From an uncultured archaeon (GTDB lineage Archaea > Asgardarchaeota > Thorarchaeia > Thorarchaeales > Thorarchaeaceae), in NCBI GenBank assembly GCA_964473825.1, contig CAYYQL010000010.1, forward strand, positions 14,692 to 78,691: a stretch of 64,000 nucleotides of DNA, given 5' to 3'. The notes below the pieces were generated by a model. That model was not told the origin of the DNA. It did no database searches and saw only the letters and a list, made by a program, of their open reading frames with translations. The position numbers and the translations under genes are program-made. This document shows, one piece after another, positions 55,596-64,000 of the stretch (its first letter is position 1; each line of letters opens with the position of its first letter).

Positions 55596-56941
55596 GAGAT
55601 ACTCAGTGTAAGCACCTGTCGCTGAACTATTTGTCCCCACTTTCGTTCGGGAAGCAGGTCTCTGTTTGGTCTTATCATGTATGGTGTGTTTCTGTTGGGA
55701 TCACTCTTGAATACCCCACCCGGTAGCATCTTGTGTATCCGGAAGGGTGTTTCTGACAACATCAGGTCAAGATCGATTCTTACTCTTCCGGTCTTGCTAT
55801 TGATCACAGGTATAGTCATCGCAACCTTCCCATCGTGTCTCAGGATGGCCGCCAACGACTTCAGCGAGTCTCGATACAACCCTGTGAGGTCTTTAGTCAA
55901 GGCTCTGGCCTCTGGTTCTGCTGGCCGATTCTCGTAAAGTGGACCAAGGTAGGGCTCAAATGCGATCGCATCCACCTTCTCCGCGACCAGGTGTTCGCTA
56001 TCTCGTGCATCGCCATGGAGGACTCTGAAATCAAGGTATTCTTCAAGCTCCCTTCCGAGCCACTTGAGATTCGCAGCTGTTCCCTGAACCGCATTAGCAT
56101 CAAGGTCGATGCCCACACACCGCATCCCCAAGAGTGCTGCTTCCATGAGAAGAGTTCCTGTTCCGCAGAATGGGTCAAGTACTGTGTCCCCTCGTCTAGC
56201 GCCAGCAAGCGTGATGAGGCTCCTACACAATTTCGGACTTGTACTAATCTCGGTTGACTTGAAAGGACGCGACTCATCACGATATCTCTGGAGCATTGAG
56301 TCATAGACTGCCACAGATTTTGCAATGTAGAGCGCAATGTGTGTGAACGACGCAAGGATCTCTGCATTGGGTGGACGTAATAGGCCGTGTCTGGCAATTG
56401 TCTGAGGCCAGAGTGCCGTGTTTGGTCTGTCCTCCTTTCGTCTGTCGGGTTCATCATAGGCAACATATGCTGCTCTCTTGGCTCCTTTGTCACGCAGCGC
56501 CTTCTTTATCCCTTCATCCATGCCCAATGTAAATTGTTTGAGATGTACTGGTGTATTCTTGTCAGCAGGATAGGTACTGACTCCGAAATGTATTGATTGG
56601 CCTTTAGCTCTTGACCAGACCTCTTTTGTCCAAGGACATCGGAGGAGCTTTCCTCTTGTCTTCTGGTCGAAGTTTCCCTTCTTCGGAAAGGCACTGACAA
56701 CAAGCCCCTTGTCTACTGTTTTGACCAGGCGCCCAGTCTTATAGCACCCACCTAGAAACGATTGTAGGTCCACGATTGCCTCATCATCCATCACGGTGTC
56801 TACATCTGCTACTACAGAGTTTCTGGAATAGTCAACCACAGAGATTGTTATCCCTCGGGTCTCAAAGTAGGCTATCAACTCGGCAATGGACAGGAGCCAA
56901 TTCTTTCCTAGGACGAGGACTAATGTATTCATTCTATTCAC
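55592..56941 (-). CDS. Trm11/TrmG10-like tRNA methyltransferase
   Basis: LSIAEL, RD..RP, SPKLCRSLI, VLDPFCGTGT, EPYLG. Confidence 0.8.
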   Translation of the reverse strand: MNRMNTLVLVLGKNWLLSIAELIAYFETRGITISVVDYSRNSVVADVDTVMDDEAIVDLQSFLGGCYKTGRLVKTVDKGLVVSAFPKKGNFDQKTRGKLLRCPWTKEVWSRAKGQSIHFGVSTYPADKNTPVHLKQFTLGMDEGIKKALRDKGAKRAAYVAYDEPDRRKEDRPNTALWPQTIARHGLLRPPNAEILASFTHIALYIAKSVAVYDSMLQRYRDESRPFKSTEISTSPKLCRSLITLAGARRGDTVLDPFCGTGTLLMEAALLGMRCVGIDLDANAVQGTAANLKWLGRELEEYLDFRVLHGDARDSEHLVAEKVDAIAFEPYLGPLYENRPAEPEARALTKDLTGLYRDSLKSLAAILRHDGKVAMTIPVINSKTGRVRIDLDLMLSETPFRIHKMLPGGVFKSDPNRNTPYMIRPNRDLLPERKWGQIVQRQVLTLSIS

Positions 56942-57783
56942 TTCTCCAGCTCTTCCAACAGGTACTTGGCATATAGCGCTCCTCTGACGGGTTCTGGGGT
57001 TTCAGAGATGATTGTTGCATCATAGCCGAGTTCATTGAGCAGCTCGATCAAGGGCAGGATGTCAGGCCCCCATTTTGAACCAAGCGGTCTGTGAGCTTTC
57101 TCCCCCGCGTTGGTGAATGTGATGCCGCTGACATGGAAGTGCAAATTCTTTGCGAATGTATCACCTAAGGCGTCTTCAAAAATACCAAGCACTCTCGCAT
57201 AGCTATCTCTATCATTGATTTCTCCCCTTGTTCGCGCATAGAGATGTGCCCAGTCGATTGTAGGAATGCAACCATCAGTACCACTACACAGTCTGATGAT
57301 TTCTCCAGGCGACCCAAATGCATTCTTCTTTCCTGCAATCTCCGGTGCTAGAATCGCACCCTTCCCCAAATGGCCCGCCTCTTCCCAGATCTCCAAGATT
57401 GCCTTGCTGATGAGCTCAAAGGCCTCCTCTGGCGTATGACCAACATAGCCACCAGGATGAAAGACTATCCGTTTCACGTTCATGAGTGGAGCAAAGTGAA
57501 GCGCCTTGACTAAGCGTTTCTTCGACCTCTCTCTGATCTCTTCTTTGTTGGACGCTAGACTGATGTAGTAGGGAGCATGCATGCTCATGGATACATCTGT
57601 CGCTCTTGCAAGTTTCCCAATCTCTTCGGCCTTGTCTTCCTTCAGACGCAAGCCGTAGGTTGCAGCATACTCCAACGCATCCAGTTTCAGACTCTTCAGC
57701 ATCTCGAATACTCTCTCTAGACTTCCTTTTGCATCAGAGGGATACCCAGATGGTCCAAACTGAAGGCATCCCAGAGAGATCAT
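56938..57783 (-). CDS. nfo: Archaeal endonuclease IV (AP endonuclease)
   Basis: FGPSG, HAPYYISL, VFHPG, EIAGK, IDWAH, HFHVSG, GEKAH, ISE; ATG overlaps the upstream TGA. Confidence 0.88.
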   Translation of the reverse strand: MISLGCLQFGPSGYPSDAKGSLERVFEMLKSLKLDALEYAATYGLRLKEDKAEEIGKLARATDVSMSMHAPYYISLASNKEEIRERSKKRLVKALHFAPLMNVKRIVFHPGGYVGHTPEEAFELISKAILEIWEEAGHLGKGAILAPEIAGKKNAFGSPGEIIRLCSGTDGCIPTIDWAHLYARTRGEINDRDSYARVLGIFEDALGDTFAKNLHFHVSGITFTNAGEKAHRPLGSKWGPDILPLIELLNELGYDATIISETPEPVRGALYAKYLLEELEK

Positions 57784-58286
57784 TCCTCCATTGTGAACTC
57801 CCATTGACAATAACTGCCCTCGGGATGTTCATCCGGCGGACAGTAGACACACTCTGTCTTGATTCTGGGGTCGATGGTGGCAGCGAACTCCTCATATTCG
57901 ATCGTGCCAACAGGCTTGCAGGGAAAGTCCGGGAGTCCCTTGCGGTTCCTTGCAACCTGTACTCTGCAGCTCTTCATACGAAAGATCAGAGTTTGATCAT
58001 CTTTCCATTCGGTCTCTTGGTCATTAAGTACTGCGTAGACTCGGCAGCCAAGGGCCTTTTCCAGAGCTGGTAACCCACCGTTCTCAGGAATATCAAACTC
58101 GCGCATAATCCTCTTCGCCTCTATAGGGGAGAAGATCCTCCAGGCTGCCATATCCATCTCCATTGCGGTCTCCATTCCGAACTTCTCTTCAAGAGAAAGG
58201 AAATAGGCCCCATCCATGGCTTGCCAGGCCTTGGCATAGACTTCAATGAGTGTTAGCAGGTCTTCTCTCGATAGGTCTTCCAGCAA
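57780..58286 (-). CDS. DUF6125-like protein
   Basis: W.AMDG.YF, CRVQ.AR.RKGLPDFPCK, CVYCPPD.HP...C.W.F; TTG start 58286. Confidence 0.8.
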   Translation of the reverse strand: MLEDLSREDLLTLIEVYAKAWQAMDGAYFLSLEEKFGMETAMEMDMAAWRIFSPIEAKRIMREFDIPENGGLPALEKALGCRVYAVLNDQETEWKDDQTLIFRMKSCRVQVARNRKGLPDFPCKPVGTIEYEEFAATIDPRIKTECVYCPPDEHPEGSYCQWEFTMEE

Positions 58287-58398
58287 CTGATTCGCTCTCC
58301 ATTCTCTCCACCGACTTGGCGGGATTTGAGTGTTAGGCTTCTTTTCGTAACTCTTTAATGACTCTCGGTCCCGCATTCGCTCAAGAATGTGATGTATA

Positions 58399-59325
58399 AT
58401 GTCAAACAAGGAAAAAGTCTCTCAGTCACGCAGAGTTGACCCTCTGGCGTTCCTATCAATCATTCGCCTACAGAACTGTTTCATTGGGGGCCTCACCGTC
58501 ATCGCCGGTATTGCGATGGCATACCGGATGAATCCTGTTGGGACTCTGACCGAGTATGTTCCCGTGTTTGTCTATGCATACATCACATATTTCTTGGTGG
58601 CTGCAGGCGGCAATGTTGTCAATGACATATTTGACATCGAGGTTGACAAGATCAATCGCCCCCATCGTGCTCTCCCCAGTGGCAGGATGAGTATCAGACA
58701 GGCTTGGGCATATGTTCTATTCCTGAGTATTGTTGGTGTTCTTTTTGCATGGCTAAACGGCCCTCTCGGAGCTCTTCTGGTCATAATATTCTTGGTTGTT
58801 GGTTACGCCTACGCCGCCAAGGTCAAGACCTTAGGTATCGCTGGCAACTTCATGGTGGCATTCTCTTTTGCTTTTGGTGTCATCTATGGCTCATTCGTCT
58901 ATGGTGAGATAATCGGAAGCATTTCGATTCCGATTCCATCATGGCTCTTTTTCATCACCGCATTCATGATATTGCAGGCTCGCGAGACTATCAAGGGCGC
59001 TGAGGACGTGGAGGGTGACAGACTAAGAGATGTCCGCACTATTGCCCGCGTCTACGGGTATAATGCGGCTGCTGCTGTTCAAGCCATCTTCAATTTCATC
59101 GGTGTCGTCTGCTACCTTCTGATTTGGATTCTGGGATATGCGAGCTGGGATCTGTGGGTGTTGATGCTTCTTGGGTCAGGCATCGTTCTGGGTGCGGGAA
59201 TTGCTCCATTGCTCGGCCCTCAAGATGAGAGGCGACTTCTGATCGGTAGCACCCTGGACAAAATCGGTGCACTGGTTGGGCTAATCGCTTTCGTTGTGAT
59301 TCCTCTGTATGGGGTCTTGTTGTAA
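58399..59325 (+). CDS. UbiA-family digeranylgeranylglyceryl phosphate synthase
   Basis: IIRLQNC, NDIFDIEVDKINRPHRALPSG, RETIKGAEDVEGD. Confidence 0.9.
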   Translation: MSNKEKVSQSRRVDPLAFLSIIRLQNCFIGGLTVIAGIAMAYRMNPVGTLTEYVPVFVYAYITYFLVAAGGNVVNDIFDIEVDKINRPHRALPSGRMSIRQAWAYVLFLSIVGVLFAWLNGPLGALLVIIFLVVGYAYAAKVKTLGIAGNFMVAFSFAFGVIYGSFVYGEIIGSISIPIPSWLFFITAFMILQARETIKGAEDVEGDRLRDVRTIARVYGYNAAAAVQAIFNFIGVVCYLLIWILGYASWDLWVLMLLGSGIVLGAGIAPLLGPQDERRLLIGSTLDKIGALVGLIAFVVIPLYGVLL

Positions 59326-59328
59326 GAT

Positions 59329-60132
59329 CTAATGTGCTTGCCAGAATGTCCAGATGAGAACGGCGATACAAGCAGATGAAACAACGAATGCCCATCCGGT
59401 CGATGTATCGTGAGCTTCTCTTATCCCAAACACGAGAAGCAGCCCAACCCAGAAGAAAGATGCAGTCGTCATGTAATCTATAGTTAACCAAACCCCCGAC
59501 TCGTAGATTGACATCACAATGCCATCCCAAGAACTCGCGGCAGTGATATTGTACGCGGGCAAGTAAAAGATGACCACCAGAAGTGCAACCAGACGGAACA
59601 GTATCACGGGAACCATACTGTATCCGACGATCGACATTGTCTTGCCCTTGTTCCCTGTGCCCCCGGTTACCTTGAAGGCCAAGTGGGCGAACATTGTTCC
59701 GACAAGTAGATACACCATGCCTAACAGTATGTTGGGCAAGATGCTGACGAGTGTCGTACTGTAGAATGCTCCTGAATAATCGCTTCCCAACACACCAACA
59801 TCCGTCAGAGTCCCGTTGATGTTAACTCTAACATAGAACTTGGATGAGATTGCCAAGAACAGACCCGCCATAATCAGGGCGTTCATGACGATGATCAACA
59901 ACGGTCCCCCACCGTCGGGTCTTCGTCCTATATCCCGATAGGTCGCCGCAGGATTTCGCACTACACCCCAGAATCTGTCCAGAACCCCCAACGCTCGGAC
60001 CTCTGGTCTTTCGGGCCTTTTCAGAATCGGTAAGACGCGCTCGAGAGTTTCTTCTGCAATGGTTTCATTGCATACCGGGCAGACTATCGCATCTGCTGGT
60101 ACGGGACTGTCGCAGAACTCACAGCGGCGCAA
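59329..60132 (-). CDS. Yip1-family membrane protein with N-terminal zinc ribbon
   Basis: CEFC...CPVC; VVRNPAATY, GGPL, GYSMVP, five TM segments. Confidence 0.8.
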   Translation of the reverse strand: MRRCEFCDSPVPADAIVCPVCNETIAEETLERVLPILKRPERPEVRALGVLDRFWGVVRNPAATYRDIGRRPDGGGPLLIIVMNALIMAGLFLAISSKFYVRVNINGTLTDVGVLGSDYSGAFYSTTLVSILPNILLGMVYLLVGTMFAHLAFKVTGGTGNKGKTMSIVGYSMVPVILFRLVALLVVIFYLPAYNITAASSWDGIVMSIYESGVWLTIDYMTTASFFWVGLLLVFGIREAHDTSTGWAFVVSSACIAVLIWTFWQAH

Positions 60133-60236
60133 TTGACATTCAATCCTTTGGGATTAGTGACCCACAGGCCATCTCTTCGCAACTTCACTATTTAAGGGAT
60201 TTCTGCTTGTCGCGCCCCGTAGAGAAGGTCCCCTAC

Positions 60237-60875
60237 CTACCACAAACCAAAGTTCTCAAAGATAGGAGTCTTGTGAATGACCAAGTATGGAATGAGCATA
60301 TCCCAGAAACCCTGAATCACATTCAGAGATATGGTGATAGTCAGAATGCCTGTGACGTCGTTGTAACCGAACAGGATTGGAACCAAGACGAGGTTCATCG
60401 GGATCATCAGAGCAAGTCTTGCTACTATAGCCACAACTGAGAACGAAGCATAGAACATTGGTCGTGCAAGTTCCTCCCCCTCCTCGGATTTGGTGAACAA
60501 TCGAACCGCAAGCCATGGTACTACGAGCATCGGTAATGTGGCTATCAGCTTGAAGATTGGACCGATCAGAGTCGGGTCAAAGAAGAACAGGCCTACCGTT
60601 CCGGCTCCCGTTGCAACGAGTCCAACATAAGGCCCTCCGAGCAGGAAAGCTGCAATCCAGAACAGCGAAACGGGGTCAATCAAGGCAATGCCCCAGGGCA
60701 AACGTGGAAGGAATGAGGCCATGGGAGCTGCTGCCACAGACAAAGACGCCAGAACAGCTGCCGTCACGATCTGGAGAACCCGTTGATCTCCATCAACTGG
60801 TTCATCAAGAACGAATGAATCTCTCTGATTCTCTCTTGAGGTTTCAGTTATCTCTTCACTGCTAGCGGTAGACAT
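60237..60875 (-). CDS. ECF transporter S-component-like membrane protein
   Basis: AVLASLS, IDPVS...AFLLGGP..G, six TM segments. Confidence 0.65.
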   Translation of the reverse strand: MSTASSEEITETSRENQRDSFVLDEPVDGDQRVLQIVTAAVLASLSVAAAPMASFLPRLPWGIALIDPVSLFWIAAFLLGGPYVGLVATGAGTVGLFFFDPTLIGPIFKLIATLPMLVVPWLAVRLFTKSEEGEELARPMFYASFSVVAIVARLALMIPMNLVLVPILFGYNDVTGILTITISLNVIQGFWDMLIPYLVIHKTPIFENFGLW

Positions 60876-60926
60876 GTTTTCATCATCAACAGAACACCCT
60901 TATGAACGTTACTCATTATGAATAAA

Positions 60927-61412
60927 CTACCCATTTGAGAGTAACCCCCGCTTATCGACGGTGTTGAGCATTTGTTCTCGTGGCGTCTTGGGGTCATTAC
61001 GGTCTCTACGGATCTGTGTCCGCGTGAGCATCTTAAGAAGCCTCCGCGTGGGTTCTAGCAAGCTGGGCTCAATTCTCCATTCTGCCCAATCGAGGCCGCT
61101 TGAGAGCGAAGTCCTGCTCATAATCAGTCGTGATGAGACCAGTTCGTTGAGACCATGGAGCATCGTACCGATAGTAACTGCTCCTATGATTTTTCTCAAT
61201 TGACGTGCTGCACGGAGAAGTTCTGCAGTGCTGACCCATCCCCCATCCTGAATAAGAACGCGAAGAATCTTTGATCTCACTGGATCTGACTCAAGTGCCC
61301 CTTTGAGCGGGGCAAGATTGATGGATTGCAGGCGTCTGTCCGACTGGTCCGCCCGTGTCCAGGGTCTGGCCTCTGCTTCATCTTCGAAGTTGCGGAAGTC
61401 CATGCTCGTCAC
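60927..61412 (-). CDS. Winged-helix protein
   Basis: DPVRSKILRVL...WVSTAELL...W.I. Confidence 0.6.
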   Translation of the reverse strand: MTSMDFRNFEDEAEARPWTRADQSDRRLQSINLAPLKGALESDPVRSKILRVLIQDGGWVSTAELLRAARQLRKIIGAVTIGTMLHGLNELVSSRLIMSRTSLSSGLDWAEWRIEPSLLEPTRRLLKMLTRTQIRRDRNDPKTPREQMLNTVDKRGLLSNG

Positions 61413-61471
61413 TATACTATCTGTGTATTGCTCAAGATTTGAAGGGTAGTATTATACGCTGAGCATGGCGA

Positions 61472-61500
61472 TTGTGCATGCCTTTGCACAACCCTTATTT
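61472..61500 (+). promoter_or_regulatory. Palindromic operator candidate TTGTGCA-N6-TGCACAA next to a TATA-like box
   Basis: Perfect 7-bp inverted repeat 61472-61491, then TTATTT about 30 nt upstream of ATG 61527. Confidence 0.55.
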
Positions 61501-61526
61501 CAGAGGTGTGTGCATGTTATCTCACC

Positions 61527-61904
61527 ATGACGCCTCGCGATCCTTTAGACAATCTCTTCTCAAAGAGGTTTGACAAGCCCTCTGATCTTCTATGTTGTGC
61601 TTTTGGCCTGCGAGACAGCGAGATTGACACGTACTTTGCCCTGATCTCCGGTGAGAAGACAGTCGAAGAGATTGCCCAGATGATCGATAGAGATCGGACA
61701 ACAGTACAGCGAGTCCTGAAGAAGTTGCACAAGAAGGGTCTTGTCAAACGCAAGAGGGAGACCTTCGACCGAGGCGGCTATTACTATGTCTATAACGCAA
61801 TCTCCACCAGAACAGTCAGGAGGAGAATCCTAAAGCAGCTTGACGAGTGGTATTCGAAGACCAGAAAGTTCTTGTTGGCTCAGTGGCCCGAACCACCATA
61901 CTAA
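61527..61904 (+). CDS. TrmB/COG3355-like winged-helix transcriptional regulator
   Basis: LLCCAFGL..SEI.TYFAL, RDRTTVQR.L, GGYYYVY. Confidence 0.85.
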   Translation: MTPRDPLDNLFSKRFDKPSDLLCCAFGLRDSEIDTYFALISGEKTVEEIAQMIDRDRTTVQRVLKKLHKKGLVKRKRETFDRGGYYYVYNAISTRTVRRRILKQLDEWYSKTRKFLLAQWPEPPY

Positions 61905-61928
61905 AGCATAGCTTCTGGAGGACACTCA

Positions 61929-62498
61929 ATGAGCACATTCCCGCTGAAACGAAACACAGCAGTTATCACAACTCTCGCAATGATATCCGCCCTCGGTGTC
62001 ATTGCTCGTATCTTTCTGAGATTCACAATCATCCCCAACCTGTTGGAACTAACGCCAGGATTCATGTTCTCTGAATTAGGGGGAGTTGTTGGTGGTGTGT
62101 ATGGAGGTATCTTGGTTGGAGCTATTGTTGGACTAAGCGGTGCTATGTTTGGAGGAGAATTCCCGCTTCTGCCCTTACTTGGCAACATTGCACTCGGACT
62201 AGGGACTGGCATTGCTATTCATATACAATCGGATCGCAACAGCAGATCATATGCTGCAATTGCAATACTTGGTGGCGGGCTGATTGGCGGCTTTCTTCCA
62301 ACTCTCGGGGTCAGCCTCTGGCTATTCTATCCCATCGAGGCGGCCATGTTTGGGGCTCTGCTCGACGGAGCTCAAGCAACTCTCTGGGCTGCTGTGGCTG
62401 TTGTAGTAGAGCGAATTGCGATTCGTCCTATTGCCGGCTCGTACCTCTACCAAAACCTTCATGCGGAAGACCAGACCCTTGAGAATGTGAGTGGGTAA
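61929..62498 (+). CDS. ECF transporter S-component-like membrane protein
   Basis: AMISALG, ELTPG, GGVYGGILVG; six TM segments; GGAGG RBS. Confidence 0.7.
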   Translation: MSTFPLKRNTAVITTLAMISALGVIARIFLRFTIIPNLLELTPGFMFSELGGVVGGVYGGILVGAIVGLSGAMFGGEFPLLPLLGNIALGLGTGIAIHIQSDRNSRSYAAIAILGGGLIGGFLPTLGVSLWLFYPIEAAMFGALLDGAQATLWAAVAVVVERIAIRPIAGSYLYQNLHAEDQTLENVSG

Positions 62499-62500
62499 GA

Positions 62501-63151
62501 ATGCCTGAGAAGACGGTTTCGATTGATATGCGAAAGGACTTGTTTGGAGCCAATGAGGACGCAGCGGCCTTAAATGCGGATGAATTCAGGCGGTATGGTG
62601 TCAGGTCCATTGACATAATGGGCTCTGTCGGGACTGGAAAGACCCAGCTCATCGAGGCCCTTTGCGAGAGGCTTTCAGGGAAATACCGGATACTGATGGT
62701 TGCGGGAGATCTCGCAACAAGAATAGATGCTGATCGTGTCGCTTCTCATGGTGTTGATACTGTTCAGATCAATACAGGCACTGCGTGTCATCTGGATGCA
62801 AGAATGGTGCGAGTTGCCCTGAAGGCGACTGATCTATCGAACTATGACTTGGTGTTCATCGAGAACGTGGGCAATCTGATCTGCCCGGCTGGATATCCGC
62901 TGGGTGTTGACAAGAAGATAGTCGTGGTGAGTATCACAGAAGGGCCATATATGATTCGAAAGCACCCCTTGACCATCAAACGTTCGGACATGGTGGTCAT
63001 CAACAAGACCGACCTTGCCGAGGCATTGTCTTTTGATGTGAATGCTCTTACTAAAGATATCCGCGAAGTCGATGCAAATCTGCCTGTCCTACAAGTCAGT
63101 GCCCGCACTGGTGAAGGCATTGATGCACTCATCAAAGAACTAGAGCTCTAG
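62501..63151 (+). CDS. hypB: Hydrogenase nickel incorporation GTPase HypB
   Basis: GSVGTGKT, CHLDA, ENVGNLICPA, NKTD, SARTGEG. Confidence 0.95.
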   Translation: MPEKTVSIDMRKDLFGANEDAAALNADEFRRYGVRSIDIMGSVGTGKTQLIEALCERLSGKYRILMVAGDLATRIDADRVASHGVDTVQINTGTACHLDARMVRVALKATDLSNYDLVFIENVGNLICPAGYPLGVDKKIVVVSITEGPYMIRKHPLTIKRSDMVVINKTDLAEALSFDVNALTKDIREVDANLPVLQVSARTGEGIDALIKELEL

Positions 63152-63834
63152 GAACTCGCCTCTTTGCTCAACATCACTCTCAGGCTTTCCTTTACCCCCT
63201 TCATATGTCCTGCACCAAGGACCGCCACGATATTGCCTCCAACATCATTGAGGATTGTCTTCAGAGCATTAGCAACATATCTGTCTCGTTGTCCTATCAG
63301 TGCATCGGCAAGATTGGGGAATTCCTTTGTGAACTGCTTCACTATCTCCTCCACTTGACTCTCGTCTCTTAGCATGGCCAATAATGCATCGACTCCCTGA
63401 GACTCGGCATCATCCTCTGTGGAAGGAATGGCCTGAAAGAACGCATAGACTTCATCCAGAGGGACCTTCATGAATGCCTGCATCGTTTCCTGAATTGGCC
63501 TATCAACCAGGGCTATTTTGGCTCCGAGTTCTCGCCCCTCTTCTATTGCTGCCAGCATCTCTGCGCCTGCATCTGACCCTGTCATATCCCCCAAGTTCTT
63601 CTCCAATCTCGCTATCTGATAGAATAGGTTTTGGATCACATCCCCAGAGGGCGAGAGAACTTCTATCTCCTCTTGTTCATTGCCCCGCTGAAGAAGCTCA
63701 TAGCGTTGCCGGTCAAGCTCCACAGCAACAACTTCCGGTTTGTTTTGACGAATGATTCTCCGTACCCTTTCAACGCTCTCACTATCAGTATGAACAACTG
63801 GGACGAAGACAATTCTATCGAGTTCCGAGGTCAC
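63148..63834 (-). CDS. TraB/PrgY-family protein (soluble domain only)
   Basis: VH...S, VAVELD..R, GAEM, LVDRPI, RDRYVA, VAVLGAGHMKG. Confidence 0.9.
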   Translation of the reverse strand: MTSELDRIVFVPVVHTDSESVERVRRIIRQNKPEVVAVELDRQRYELLQRGNEQEEIEVLSPSGDVIQNLFYQIARLEKNLGDMTGSDAGAEMLAAIEEGRELGAKIALVDRPIQETMQAFMKVPLDEVYAFFQAIPSTEDDAESQGVDALLAMLRDESQVEEIVKQFTKEFPNLADALIGQRDRYVANALKTILNDVGGNIVAVLGAGHMKGVKESLRVMLSKEASS

Positions 63835-64000
63835 TGGTAATCATAGTGATTGGTTGATAGCCACCTTTTACTTGTTGTGGACTTGCGTGGTAAACGTTCT
63901 TTCTCAGGAACGTAGCGAATCCTTTGTCTGTTCAGATTCTTGACAAGTACAAACATTTTTCTCTGTGGAAACGTTTACTGCGAGTGAGATGTCACCCGTG

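Noticed and set aside
1-64000. CRISPR arrays, rRNA/tRNA genes, transposases, and the many antisense or nested ORFs in the track
   Set aside because: No regularly spaced repeats or RNA-gene signatures seen by eye; shadow ORFs overlap well-supported genes and lack motifs.

Overview
Gene-dense archaeal window (TFB, PolB, ArcS/RaSEA, DGGGP synthase, NurA-HerA-Mre11-Rad50, archaeal AspRS/ArgRS). It carries several eukaryotic-signature proteins (ESCRT-II/III, Vps4, longin, GOLD-like, Yip1, GIFT/IFT52-like), which points to an Asgard archaeon, probably Thorarchaeia (inference). About 1-7.3 kb looks like a variable region: a LAGLIDADG-like ORF, a triplicated unknown family, a VapC module, a secreted gene with an in-frame TGA and a tandem-GOLD protein. 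The rest is mostly housekeeping. The strongest candidate for an undescribed system is the ESCRT locus at 43.4-48.4 kb, where ESCRT-I and ESCRT-II modules look re-partitioned: a Vps28-N-terminal-like hairpin is fused to a Vps22/36 winged-helix pair, and a neighbouring protein joins FYVE/B-box-like Zn fingers, a GLUE/GRAM-like PH domain and a Vps23-like steadiness box, with no ubiquitin genes in the window. All domain calls come from reading motifs by eye against remembered family sequences; no searches were run. No tRNA, rRNA, CRISPR array or transposase was recognised.
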